The translations under genes were made by a program, and so were the position numbers. A DNA stretch of 64,000 nt from Lachnospiraceae bacterium (GTDB lineage: Bacteria > Bacillota > Clostridia > Lachnospirales > Lachnospiraceae). The notes beneath the pieces were generated by a model. It was not told where the DNA came from. It did no database searches and saw only the letters and a program-made list of their open reading frames with translations. Each line of letters starts with the position of its first letter. The stretch's first letter is position 1. Of this stretch, positions 9,101 through 16,664 are shown piece by piece. The DNA is taken from contig JAKSRT010000002.1 in assembly GCA_024403485.1 (NCBI GenBank), positions 22,331 through 86,330 on the forward strand. The letters run 5' to 3'.

Positions 9101-10875
9101 AGTGGCAGGAATACTTTTATATATCCGTTAATTATTATGGCGGATTCTTACCTGAAGGAAAGGTAATACCTGAGCAATACAAGTACGGAACAACAACTAC
9201 GTTACCTACTGCAGTAAAAGAAGGCTATACATTTGTAGGTTGGTATACCGAAGCAGAGTTTGTAACAAAGATTACAAAAATCACAGCAAAAATGGCTGAA
9301 GATGTAACCCTTTATGCTCGCTGGTCACCAATAAACTATCAGGTTAAGTTTAATGCAAACGGTGGAAGCGGTAAGATGGATAACATTAAGCTTAACTATG
9401 AAGAAGAAAAAGCGCTTTATGCTAATGCATTTAACAAGAACGGCTATGTATTTAAGGGCTGGGTAGAAAATGCATCGGCGAAGAGTGTTGCGGTATTAAA
9501 TGAGAGCGAATACGATGAACTGATAGCATCCGGAACATTGAATATATTTGAAAACGGAGCGACTGTTAACAGCTCAAACCTTCACCCGAAGAAGAACAAT
9601 GATGTAGTAACACTGGCAGCGGTTTGGGTTGAAACGACATACCAGTTAAGCTTTGATACGGTTGGAGGAAACGAAGTAACCGGATATGAATATAAGTACA
9701 ATGCCAAAGCAGATGCGATTGACGTTTTGACCGGTACAGCAATTAAGTTACCTACAAAGGAAGACGTACAGAAGGATAATTACGAATTTGCGGGCTGGTA
9801 CAAGGACCCTGATTACAAGACAAAGGTAACAGCAACCAAGGGACTTTCCGGAGATATTACATTGTATGCAAAGTGGACAGCGAAATACAGTGTTAAATTT
9901 AATGCAAACAGTGACACCAATACCAAGTCTATGTCAGATGAGGCAATGGTATTTGGAACAGCGAAGGCATTAACAGCCAACGCATTTACCAAAACAGGAT
10001 ATGTATTCATGGGATGGGATACCGATCCAAGCGGAGCGACAGTTGTATACGCAAACAAGGAAAAGATTGTGGGCTGCGAAGAAGAACTTGAACTGGCAGA
10101 CGGAAAGTTTGTATTAAATCTCTATGCTGTATGGAGAAACAACTTTGTAATTGAATACGATACAACCGTTGAAGATGGAACAACGCCTATGTATATGCCC
10201 GGCTTATATGTTACCGGGTATACATACGGAGACGAAAAGGATTTGCCGGTTCCCATTAGAGAAGGCTATACCTTCGGCGGATGGTACAGTGATGAGAAGT
10301 TAAAGACTAAGGCAAAGGTGTCAAAAACTACATCCGGAGACTTAATGTTATATGCAAAGTGGACCGGAAATAAGTACACAGTAAACTTTGAAGCAAATGC
10401 ACCTGAGGGAACAAAGGTAAGCGGAAAGACGTCGAAAGCATCTATGGTATACGGAACCGCTAAGGCACTGACCAAGAACGGCTTTAAGATAAGCGGATAT
10501 ACATTTAAGGGCTGGAGCACAAAGCCAAATGGTGAAGTGAAGTATGAAAACGCAGCAAAGTTAAGTGATCATACCAATGAGCTTTTAGGTTTTGTAGATG
10601 TAGGTAACTACAAAGACAATATCACCTTGTATGCGGTATGGGAAAAGGATGAATACAGCGTAACATATGTGATGAACGGAGTAGTGGCAGATGTTGTGGA
10701 AGAAAATGTTTACACTGTTGACAGTGGATATACATTGATTGATGAACCTTCAAGAATCGGTTACACATTTATGGGATTCTACACAGATAAATCCTGTAAG
10801 AAGAAGGCTACCGACTTAAAGGTAGGAACAACAGGAGATAAGGTATTCTACGCAAAGTGGAAGGCTAATAACTAA
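3151..10875 (+). CDS. Large secreted surface protein: signal peptide, acidic linker, repeated beta-rich Ig-like/PPC-like modules, C-terminal 10x Listeria-Bacteroides (InlB B/Flg_new-type) repeats
   Basis: Signal peptide 'MMRRLKRSLAFLLAMLMLIGETSQAFA'. The C-terminal ~840 aa contain ten units with GY.F.GW-type cores ending in LYAKW-type motifs. RBS AAGGAG. Confidence 0.85.
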   Translation: MMRRLKRSLAFLLAMLMLIGETSQAFASDVDDSDFAQYDVIEQMPEESVLEEEIEEDISEVTENVIEEGETSEIDGDELITGIEVDAAGAVGAAGSVDFSEYPTLSGCQTEYWYKIDSALNINQETYIQFSDGSSCLAEKSNYDFSDCLYTAAGELAERDENGFYAPGDYYFIGEVYEHHDDDSSPEVCVGITIKPLDETPTLPLDDFIAIHEVPQYYQIAGDKEHVYTFQFKPAIKLDVYDINGDVVSSDTADFIVFSPQESGIYYLRMESDSYEGIFPLPSGRVTDDIKASSVVIEDRRYSSNFYRRLQRLDFPGLVIKTYNDGTLMHRYVTGPEEFGGDNFNIHYRVFDAEKNPLGTVYEVSMQPGTYYAQVVVDGVYSDELLQFTVLGLDEVQEIKPGESIYLYGSEHSYVGTSKQVVKKEFLKVDAELGKTYKLRVSGNSTLYSDFYYFNNSDALCIGKWYNDVSSTDKEITFTYTGDDKYTTVEESLTVYLEVYVDGDCKVSLFEGDEELDEELDDSATLTGYQSEYWSGLDGTLRNNWSEEDENGDWIDVFSGMDILYKTLTVTLSDGEEIAIPEYDYGSVGWSSCRFDIYKDKECTEEYTNDSGIVEPGTYWIKYEYEYDGEYRNASAPIVVKSLNTLPQLNKENIRESLTENCEAHYFAVPNDGSIYSLLFSMKSGNVWADFYDVDRNRIGGIDINSGSGNARVPSKCRYLSVTMYPETVLTGDIEVTKEAKITSIIKEQNPYDTQFYYGIDYISNRSFDGLKIKTNTGRKYFAESTYFGGDGRGFFRYEILNKDTEEAAERDDSYNYPVGDYIARIYVDEASIDLDISIVDLSKVPEIPNDSDNMLSLTGRKVEYAHENGTNAYAIGQWVKMDVVGGEIYKIHIRSEEKNALSFDGSYYAIDGSDIRSMYNCVNAVSGDKNATIMVDDDYEGPLYIKMNVWEDCEIYYEQIKTVKNIEILEQPAINESYEYCESYMVRPIGAKLRVTYEDGTFDDAIYESDYINNFSDLGINYYLVDSSGNRINTVSFGDRWGYRAGNHKLVFSAGSATCSYDYLIKPLADIPEVSVGENHTVLQTEITDQDGDYYYSTTIRDERIKINLNAGDYRMDISPNVYTGVHIYDAYGNSIGNRMYSSSVIYFSIAEAGTYYIDFSSNERNVDVSINESKRPIKIEVTKNDFKKQIMYGFDSPSWLCWKSDTEISITFSDGTKEVKSVRDSSVNVSERTVDGRYISSDIYNNYPVGNYVYRISLEGADEVYTIVPFSIIPIKSTGELKVGSSISLMCNMEKHVYEWGGIYYQFNEGKNTPHIVSLNLTAGETYSIQPSVTGDGSFDLYSPAIEQLYSYIYGGLVFTAPTSGTYYLKVRTPGATYTCEKTESLKSVKVISGPRNSVIAEGNYNGNPLYSDGATFEFEYASGEKELVEYGDDTWKAFGANVDYWLYDDDGNRMEVEENDWIYSFEAGKNYYWSIYIPGYDGEIVDKEKMEVRCVPKDASEVHLTVGDKKVIPIDADGFQTGSSMYFMDLEPGKSYIFRANLSGEDYGTSCAIYSYVGDVVEQNHYVGDSYRNSGWGFIAEEGCTYYVRVSTFGWGTTDFYNDGSCTLLVEEADLITSVKSNGYSQNKFAYGVDAVEPIDAAFTVTKKHYEGKNADGSDNYSEYEATIGNSDFEAEGILVYGIYTTSKTYPKYDSYGRLPKGTYIFAYIIPGMNELYFDTEHPITVVDCVKSYKVVFNSNFPDEIKDVAPVSQTIGTNAEAVLTANKFKCTGYDFVGWATDPDGDVEFADKDVVFQLSTEGETINLYAKWELSNYKINWHLSGGSLLVPVDSTYTMKSATMALPTKVQVEAIEGFEFAGWFKEAEYKTEITEITAGSIGDKDVYAKWRPKSYKVVFEGNGNEKGGATKDQTVYYGIDATLNANGYKSAKAFMYWSYDAAGEEYAAANKGSLRIDNPITMSKVLSETDALGNTVEVLHLYAQWQEYFYISVNYYGGFLPEGKVIPEQYKYGTTTTLPTAVKEGYTFVGWYTEAEFVTKITKITAKMAEDVTLYARWSPINYQVKFNANGGSGKMDNIKLNYEEEKALYANAFNKNGYVFKGWVENASAKSVAVLNESEYDELIASGTLNIFENGATVNSSNLHPKKNNDVVTLAAVWVETTYQLSFDTVGGNEVTGYEYKYNAKADAIDVLTGTAIKLPTKEDVQKDNYEFAGWYKDPDYKTKVTATKGLSGDITLYAKWTAKYSVKFNANSDTNTKSMSDEAMVFGTAKALTANAFTKTGYVFMGWDTDPSGATVVYANKEKIVGCEEELELADGKFVLNLYAVWRNNFVIEYDTTVEDGTTPMYMPGLYVTGYTYGDEKDLPVPIREGYTFGGWYSDEKLKTKAKVSKTTSGDLMLYAKWTGNKYTVNFEANAPEGTKVSGKTSKASMVYGTAKALTKNGFKISGYTFKGWSTKPNGEVKYENAAKLSDHTNELLGFVDVGNYKDNITLYAVWEKDEYSVTYVMNGVVADVVEENVYTVDSGYTLIDEPSRIGYTFMGFYTDKSCKKKATDLKVGTTGDKVFYAKWKANN

Positions 10876-10904
10876 AGTGTAGGAAAGAAATACAGAGAAA
10901 AAAT

Positions 10905-10941
10905 GAGGAAGGACTCGGATGAATAATCCGGGTTCTTCTTT
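10905..10941 (+). terminator. Intrinsic terminator of the large surface-protein gene
   Basis: 16-bp stem with G-U pairs, 5-nt loop and T-rich end, 30 nt after the stop codon. Confidence 0.7.
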
Positions 10942-11000
10942 ATGCGAGGAATATAAGTTCTATGTTTTTATGATGAATTCTTTAAGAAACTTTAAAATAG

Positions 11001-11029
11001 TGGAATCCCATAAGATTTAGTGGTAAAAT
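11001..11029 (+). promoter_or_regulatory. Putative sigma-A promoter with extended -10 for the aminotransferase/GT operon
   Basis: TGGAAT-N17-TAAAAT with TG immediately upstream (TGnTAAAAT). Confidence 0.5.
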
Positions 11030-11121
11030 TTAATAGATTATGGGTGGAAGTATGCCCATATTGATTAGGCGAAATTCGACCATATAAAAGTCTGTAATGA
11101 CGAATCAGAGGTTAGAATATT

Positions 11122-12321
11122 ATGGAATTACTTGCGATAAAAGGCGGCACACCGGTAAGGGATGCACAGCATAAAATTTCTTATGGAAAGCAGTGGCTTG
11201 ATGAAGCGGATATTGAAGCGGTTGTTGAAACACTCAGAAGTAATTATCTTACCTGCGGACCTAAGATTGCGGAACTGGAAAAAAAGCTTTGCGAAATAAC
11301 TGAGGCCAGGTATGCGGTTGCCTGCTCAAACGGAACTGCGGCTCTTCATATGGCTTGCATGGCTATTGGGATAAAACCGGGCGACGAAGTCATAGTATCT
11401 GCCATAACCTTTGCGGCTTCATCAAACTGTGTTCTGTATTGTGGAGGAACTCCCGTTTTTGCCGATGTTAAGGCCGATACATATAACATTGATATTGAAG
11501 ATGTAAAAAGGAAAATAACCGATAAAACAAAAGCTATAGTGGCTGTGGATTTTACAGGCCAGGCAGTGGAAATCGATGAACTCAGGAAAATATGTGATGA
11601 GCACAACCTTTATCTTATTGAGGATGCGGCCCATTCCATAGGTACAAAATATAAAGGTAAGCCCGTTGGTTCTGTAGCTGATATTACAACCTTCAGTTTT
11701 CATCCGGTCAAAACGGTTACAGCCGGTGAAGGTGGAGCCTGCATGACCAATGACGAAAATTTATATAAACGATTAGCTCTCGCCAGATCTCATGGAATAA
11801 CAAAGGATCCCGAGCAGATGGTTCATGAGTCTGAGGGCGGCTGGTATATGGAGCAGATAATGCTTGGCTACAACTACAGAATTACAGACTTTCAGGCAGC
11901 TTTGTTAATCAGCCAGCTCGGTAAACTCAAGATATTTTCGGACAGACGTAAAGAAATAAGAAAAGCATATGATGAGGCTTTTGGCAAAAACGACTGTCTG
12001 TATATTCAAAAATCAATAGCGGAATCCGATACAACACAACATTTATACATTATCAGATTAAATCCGGATAAACTTTCCTGCACAAGAAAAGAATTTTTTA
12101 ATGCACTGACCGCTGAAGGTACATGTCCGCAGGTTCATTATATCCCGGTGTATTGGCATCCGTATTATAGTGAGCTTGGCTATAAAAAGGGTCTCTGTCC
12201 CGTGGCTGAGGCAACATATGAGCAGATAATGAGTATTCCTTTTTATGCGGCAATGACAGATGAGGATGTTGCCGATACAATAAAAGCAGTAAATAAGATT
12301 TGTGATTACTACAGAAAGTAG
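11122..12321 (+). CDS. pseC: DegT/DnrJ/EryC1/StrS PLP-dependent sugar aminotransferase, PseC-like
   Basis: 'SYGKQWLDEADI', 'SNGTAALH', 'IEDAAHS', 'FSFHPVK' (PLP Lys), 'GEGG', 'LGYNYRITDFQAAL', 'QVHYIPVY'. The actual substrate is uncertain because no other pse genes are present. Confidence 0.75.
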   Translation: MELLAIKGGTPVRDAQHKISYGKQWLDEADIEAVVETLRSNYLTCGPKIAELEKKLCEITEARYAVACSNGTAALHMACMAIGIKPGDEVIVSAITFAASSNCVLYCGGTPVFADVKADTYNIDIEDVKRKITDKTKAIVAVDFTGQAVEIDELRKICDEHNLYLIEDAAHSIGTKYKGKPVGSVADITTFSFHPVKTVTAGEGGACMTNDENLYKRLALARSHGITKDPEQMVHESEGGWYMEQIMLGYNYRITDFQAALLISQLGKLKIFSDRRKEIRKAYDEAFGKNDCLYIQKSIAESDTTQHLYIIRLNPDKLSCTRKEFFNALTAEGTCPQVHYIPVYWHPYYSELGYKKGLCPVAEATYEQIMSIPFYAAMTDEDVADTIKAVNKICDYYRK

Positions 12322-12328
12322 GACTGTT

Positions 12329-13267
12329 ATGAAGTTAATTTCTTTTGTTATACCTTGCTACAGGTCTGAACTTACAATTGAAAGAGTAGTTAATGAAATA
12401 AACGAGACAATGGAAACAATGGAAGGTTACAGCCATGAAATAATTCTTGTAAATGATTGCTCGCCTGACAGGACAATAGCAGTTATTAAAGAACTTGTCA
12501 GAAACAGCAAAAATATCACAGGTATTGATTTTGCCAAGAATTTTGGGCAGCATTCCGCGTTGATGGCAGGGCTTAGAGAAACAAAGGGCGACTATGTTAT
12601 CTGTCTTGACGACGATGGTCAGACTCCTGCCAACGAGGTGGGCAAGCTGATTGGGGCTCTTGACGAGGGAGCAGATGCCGTGTATGCCCGCTACGCCCAT
12701 AAAAAACATTCGCTTTTCAGAAATTTCGGAACTTTCATGAATGAAAAAATGGCGCAGCATCTTCTTGGCAAGCCCAAGGATTTGTTCGTATCAAGCTATT
12801 TCGGAGTAAAGCGATTTGTTGTTGAGGATATGATTAAATATGAGAATGCGTATCCGTATGTAATAGGTCTTGTTCTTCGTGCTACCAGAAAAATAGTGAA
12901 TGTGGATGTGAATCACAGAAGCCGTGAAATCGGATCTTCAGGATATACCTTCAGTAAGCTTATGAATCTTTGGATAAACGGTTTTACCGCGTTTTCGGTG
13001 AAGCCGCTAAGAATTGCGACGTGCATGGGGATGTTTTTTGCTTTTGCGGGTTTCCTATACGGATTATATACAATTATTAAGTATTTTATTATAGATGTAC
13101 CCATTGGATTTTCATCACTTATGAGTGTGATGGTATTTATGGGAGGAATCGTGATGCTCATACTTGGAATGATAGGAGAGTATATAGGACGAATGTATAT
13201 AAGCATGAATAATTCGCCCCAGTATGTTATTCGCGAAAAGATAGAGGCAGAAGAAAAAACGGAATGA
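12329..13267 (+). CDS. GT2 polyprenyl-phosphate glycosyltransferase (ArnC/GtrB-like)
   Basis: 'ISFVIPCY', 'LVNDCSPD', 'KNFGQHSALMAG', 'LDDDGQ', and two C-terminal TMs ending 'GEYIGRMY'. Start moved to ATG 12329. Confidence 0.85.
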   Translation: MKLISFVIPCYRSELTIERVVNEINETMETMEGYSHEIILVNDCSPDRTIAVIKELVRNSKNITGIDFAKNFGQHSALMAGLRETKGDYVICLDDDGQTPANEVGKLIGALDEGADAVYARYAHKKHSLFRNFGTFMNEKMAQHLLGKPKDLFVSSYFGVKRFVVEDMIKYENAYPYVIGLVLRATRKIVNVDVNHRSREIGSSGYTFSKLMNLWINGFTAFSVKPLRIATCMGMFFAFAGFLYGLYTIIKYFIIDVPIGFSSLMSVMVFMGGIVMLILGMIGEYIGRMYISMNNSPQYVIREKIEAEEKTE

Positions 13268-14070
13268 AGAAAAAGATAGTATGGATTGTTCCCGTATTAC
13301 TGCTGGTGCTGACAATTGTCTTGTCCTTGTTTTTCGGAAGGGGCGGAAAAGAAACTTATGATGTTATTTTTTTCGGCGACAGTAAAATCGGAAATGACAG
13401 AACCGAATCATCGGTATCAAATCGATTGGAACAGGCCACAGGTCTTAAGGTCTTTAATGCCGGGGTAGGCGGTACCACACTGGCGAACGGTGGGAATAAC
13501 CTGTTTAATGTATATACAATGTCGAGTTTGGCACGTTCGGTGTACATGAACGATTTTGGTGCTCAGAAGGCAACACTTCCTAAAACTTATCTTGAAAAGA
13601 ATGCAATCTTGGATTACATTCCTGAGACGGTGGAAGGCCTTTCTAACATTGATTTTAATAAGTGTAAGGTATTTATTATTGCCCATGGAAGCAACGATTT
13701 CTTTTCGAAGGTGCCAATTGACAATCCTGAGGATCCCGAAGATGAAGCAACGCTCATAGGAGCACTTCGGGTCTCGGTTAAATACTTAAAAAAAGCAAAT
13801 CCTAAGGCACAGATTATAGTTGTATCGCCATGCCTTACCTATACCGAAGATGGATTCGGCGATGTGCTTGACTATGGTTTCGGAACGGAAAAGGACTATG
13901 CAGAAGCTGAAAAAGCAGCCTGTGCAGAATTGGGAATTGACTTTGTGGACTTTTACAATGACAGCGGAATAACCAGAGATAATGTATGGGATTATCTGTT
14001 TGACGGACTTCACCCAGGTGAGGCCGGAAACAAGGTTATGCTTGAACTAATTATGGAAAAGCTTAAATAG
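13264..14070 (+). CDS. Membrane-anchored SGNH/GDSL hydrolase or acyltransferase
   Basis: N-terminal TM; blocks 'FFGDS', 'NAGVGG', 'HGSND', 'DGLHP'. Confidence 0.85.
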   Translation: MKKKIVWIVPVLLLVLTIVLSLFFGRGGKETYDVIFFGDSKIGNDRTESSVSNRLEQATGLKVFNAGVGGTTLANGGNNLFNVYTMSSLARSVYMNDFGAQKATLPKTYLEKNAILDYIPETVEGLSNIDFNKCKVFIIAHGSNDFFSKVPIDNPEDPEDEATLIGALRVSVKYLKKANPKAQIIVVSPCLTYTEDGFGDVLDYGFGTEKDYAEAEKAACAELGIDFVDFYNDSGITRDNVWDYLFDGLHPGEAGNKVMLELIMEKLK

Positions 14071-14121
14071 AATAATAAATCAGAATTATTGATTTAAGCA
14101 GAAACGGTAAAAACATTCGGT

Positions 14122-15711
14122 ATGATGACGGTAAATGAAGCAATAAATAAACTTCATAATGCAGTAGGTAAAAAGGGACGCTTGGCCTTTTTTGGTGCCT
14201 TGGCAGCAGGTATTATTACACACATGAGTGTCCTTACTTCGGACATTCCGAACCATGACGGCTTATCCAGCATGTATTTCGACCAGAACATGATAACTTC
14301 GGGACGATGGTTTTTGGGAAGCGCATGTGGCATATCATCATATTATTCTCTGCCTTGGCTTATCGGGATTCTTGCAATATTGTATATTTCGATGGCAGCA
14401 ATGGCAGTAAGAGTAATCTTAAATATCAATAACCCGGTGCTCATAGTGTTAAGCTCTGTGATTTTGGCTGTTTTCCCGGGACTGGCTTCAAACTTCGCTT
14501 ACGTATTTACCATGGATGGTTATATGCTCGGCATGCTTTTGTGTGTTCTTTCGGTTTTTGCTGTAGAAAAGTCTGATAAATACGGATGGATAATCGGAGG
14601 CGTTCTTCTTGCCTTTGGTATGGGATGTTATCAGAGCTATATATGCATTGCCATGCTGCTTTGTTTATTTAAAATAGTGTCGGTTTTTATTCGGGAGAAT
14701 AATACTAAAAGCAGTTTGACTAAATCACTTAATTACATTGCGATGGGTGGTTTGGGCGTATTTCTTTACTATATTCTTTTAAAAGTATTATTAAAAATTC
14801 AGGGAAAAGAACTTGATACTTATCAGGGGATAAACGGTATGTCGGAGGGCAACGGCATCGGATTTATCGGTACCGTAAAGCTTATGTACAAAGACTTTGT
14901 CCAATTTACATTCGGAAAAGTTTTTGTTGCAAACGTTTTTTGCGCGGTTTGCCTTGGATTGCTGCTTCTTTGCGCAATAATATCGCTTTTTTTCATTGCC
15001 AAAGAAAAGAAGTTGTTTAGGAGACCCCTTTTCTATGTGGCAGCGGCATTGATTCTTATTGCACTTCCCTGCATTATGAATGCCATTCTGGTTATTTCAG
15101 CCAATGTTACTTATCACGTGCTTATGAGATATCAGTGGGCATTTTTGATTATTTGTATGATTGCAGTCGTTGACAGGATATGTGCTGAAACAGAAATGAA
15201 AAAGACAGGTTTATTTGTCGGAAGTAAATTATTTGACAGTATATCGTCTGCAACCGGATGGATTGCCGTTGTTTCATTGGTTGTGGTTTCTTTGTCCTAT
15301 ATAATTACCGACAATATTTCTTATTCAAACCTTCATAAGAAATACGAAAAAACATATTCGTATTGTCTAAGATTGGCGGACCGTATTGAACAGACCCCCG
15401 GCTACTATGAGGGTATCCCTGTTGCCATGGTGGGAGTTGTGGGCAATGACTCTTATCCGTTAACGGACATTACCGGTGATGTTACAGGAGGTCTTCTTGG
15501 AATAAACGGAGATTACCTTCTCTACAAATCCGAAAATTACGGTGATTTCTTTAAGCATTATCTCGGAATTACATTTAATATGGTGTCTTCGGATGAGGTT
15601 ATTAACTTTTATGACGAGCCCTTTTACGCCGAAATGGAAAGCTTTCCGGGTGAGACTTCGGTTGTGCTTCATGATGGCATAATATATGTAAAAACAGAAA
15701 ATATTCGATGA
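14122..15711 (+). CDS. GtrII-like (Glucos_trans_II) GT-C membrane glycosyltransferase
   Basis: 'NHDG...SGRWF' first loop, 'YQSY', ~11 TMs and a C-terminal soluble domain. Confidence 0.7.
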   Translation: MMTVNEAINKLHNAVGKKGRLAFFGALAAGIITHMSVLTSDIPNHDGLSSMYFDQNMITSGRWFLGSACGISSYYSLPWLIGILAILYISMAAMAVRVILNINNPVLIVLSSVILAVFPGLASNFAYVFTMDGYMLGMLLCVLSVFAVEKSDKYGWIIGGVLLAFGMGCYQSYICIAMLLCLFKIVSVFIRENNTKSSLTKSLNYIAMGGLGVFLYYILLKVLLKIQGKELDTYQGINGMSEGNGIGFIGTVKLMYKDFVQFTFGKVFVANVFCAVCLGLLLLCAIISLFFIAKEKKLFRRPLFYVAAALILIALPCIMNAILVISANVTYHVLMRYQWAFLIICMIAVVDRICAETEMKKTGLFVGSKLFDSISSATGWIAVVSLVVVSLSYIITDNISYSNLHKKYEKTYSYCLRLADRIEQTPGYYEGIPVAMVGVVGNDSYPLTDITGDVTGGLLGINGDYLLYKSENYGDFFKHYLGITFNMVSSDEVINFYDEPFYAEMESFPGETSVVLHDGIIYVKTENIR

Positions 15712-15725
15712 AAGGAACAGTCTCA

Positions 15726-16661
15726 ATGGCTTTATTATCCGTTGTTCTTCCTTCTTTTAACGAAGAAGGCAATATTTTAAATACTGCAGAAACCCTGGCT
15801 AAAATTCTGAAAGAAGCAGGTATAAATTACGAATTGGTCTTTGTTGACGACGGTTCATCAGATAATACATACAACCTTATCATGGAAGCAGCTTCAAAGG
15901 ATGCAAATGTAAAGGGGGTTTCTTTTTCGAGAAACTTTGGCAAAGAAGCTTCTATATTTGCCGGACTTGAGACCGCAACGGGTGACTGCGTAGTTGTTAT
16001 GGATTGTGATCTTCAACATCCTGCAGAGTGTCTTCCGAAGATGTATAAATTATGGGAGGAAGGCTACGAGGTAGTTGAAGGAATTAAGTCATCAAGAGGC
16101 AAAGAAGGCCTTATTCATAAAATGTGTGCGGGCATGTTTTACAATATTATGAGCCGCCTGATTAAAATGGATATGAAGGCTACTTCAGATTATAAGCTTC
16201 TTGACAGAAAAGTAGTAAACGTTCTTCTGACTCTTCCTGAAAAGAATACATTTTTCAGAGCCCTTTCTTTTTGGGTTGGATTTAAAACGGTTAAATTTGA
16301 ATATGATGTTCAGGAAAGAATGTTTGGAAAAACAAAGTGGAGTTTTAAAAGCTTAATGAGATATGCCATTAACAATGCCACAAGTTTTTCCACAATGCCG
16401 CTTCAGATGGTTACTTTTCTTGGTATTGTGTCTGTGATTTTAAGTGTGGCGCTCGGAATACAAACCCTTGTTAAATATTTTATGGGAACGGCAGCAGAAG
16501 GTTTTCCTACGGTCATTTTGCTTATTTTGTCAGTGGGTGGATTTATCATGATAAGCCTTGGCATTATCGGTCACTACCTTGCCCGCATTTATGAAGAGGT
16601 TAAGGGACGCCCCAGATATATTATCAGATCGTATACAGATAATATTAAGGGGAATCTATAG
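15726..16661 (+). CDS. GT2 bactoprenol glycosyltransferase (GtrB/YkcC/CsbB-like)
   Basis: 'SVVLPSFNEE', 'VDDGSSD', 'FSRNFGKEA', 'MDCDLQHP', 'ARIYEEVKGRPRY'. The start is ATG 15726 or 15708. Confidence 0.88.
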   Translation: MALLSVVLPSFNEEGNILNTAETLAKILKEAGINYELVFVDDGSSDNTYNLIMEAASKDANVKGVSFSRNFGKEASIFAGLETATGDCVVVMDCDLQHPAECLPKMYKLWEEGYEVVEGIKSSRGKEGLIHKMCAGMFYNIMSRLIKMDMKATSDYKLLDRKVVNVLLTLPEKNTFFRALSFWVGFKTVKFEYDVQERMFGKTKWSFKSLMRYAINNATSFSTMPLQMVTFLGIVSVILSVALGIQTLVKYFMGTAAEGFPTVILLILSVGGFIMISLGIIGHYLARIYEEVKGRPRYIIRSYTDNIKGNL

Positions 16662-16664
16662 TAT

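Noticed and set aside
2725-10941. Diversity-generating retroelement (TR/VR pair): the single mismatch is AAC (upstream) versus AGC (gene), an adenine change
   Set aside because: One mismatch carries no statistical weight. The repeat includes the stop codon, terminator and a deletion. There is no reverse transcriptase or Avd in the window and no C-type-lectin-like target domain. A duplication scar is simpler.
2700-11000. Transposon, ICE or prophage carrying the large gene
   Set aside because: No integrase, transposase, terminal inverted repeats or tRNA target, and the flanking repeat derives from the gene itself.
11122-12321. Pseudaminic acid biosynthesis pathway
   Set aside because: Only the PseC-like gene is present; no pseB/H/G/I/F in the window.
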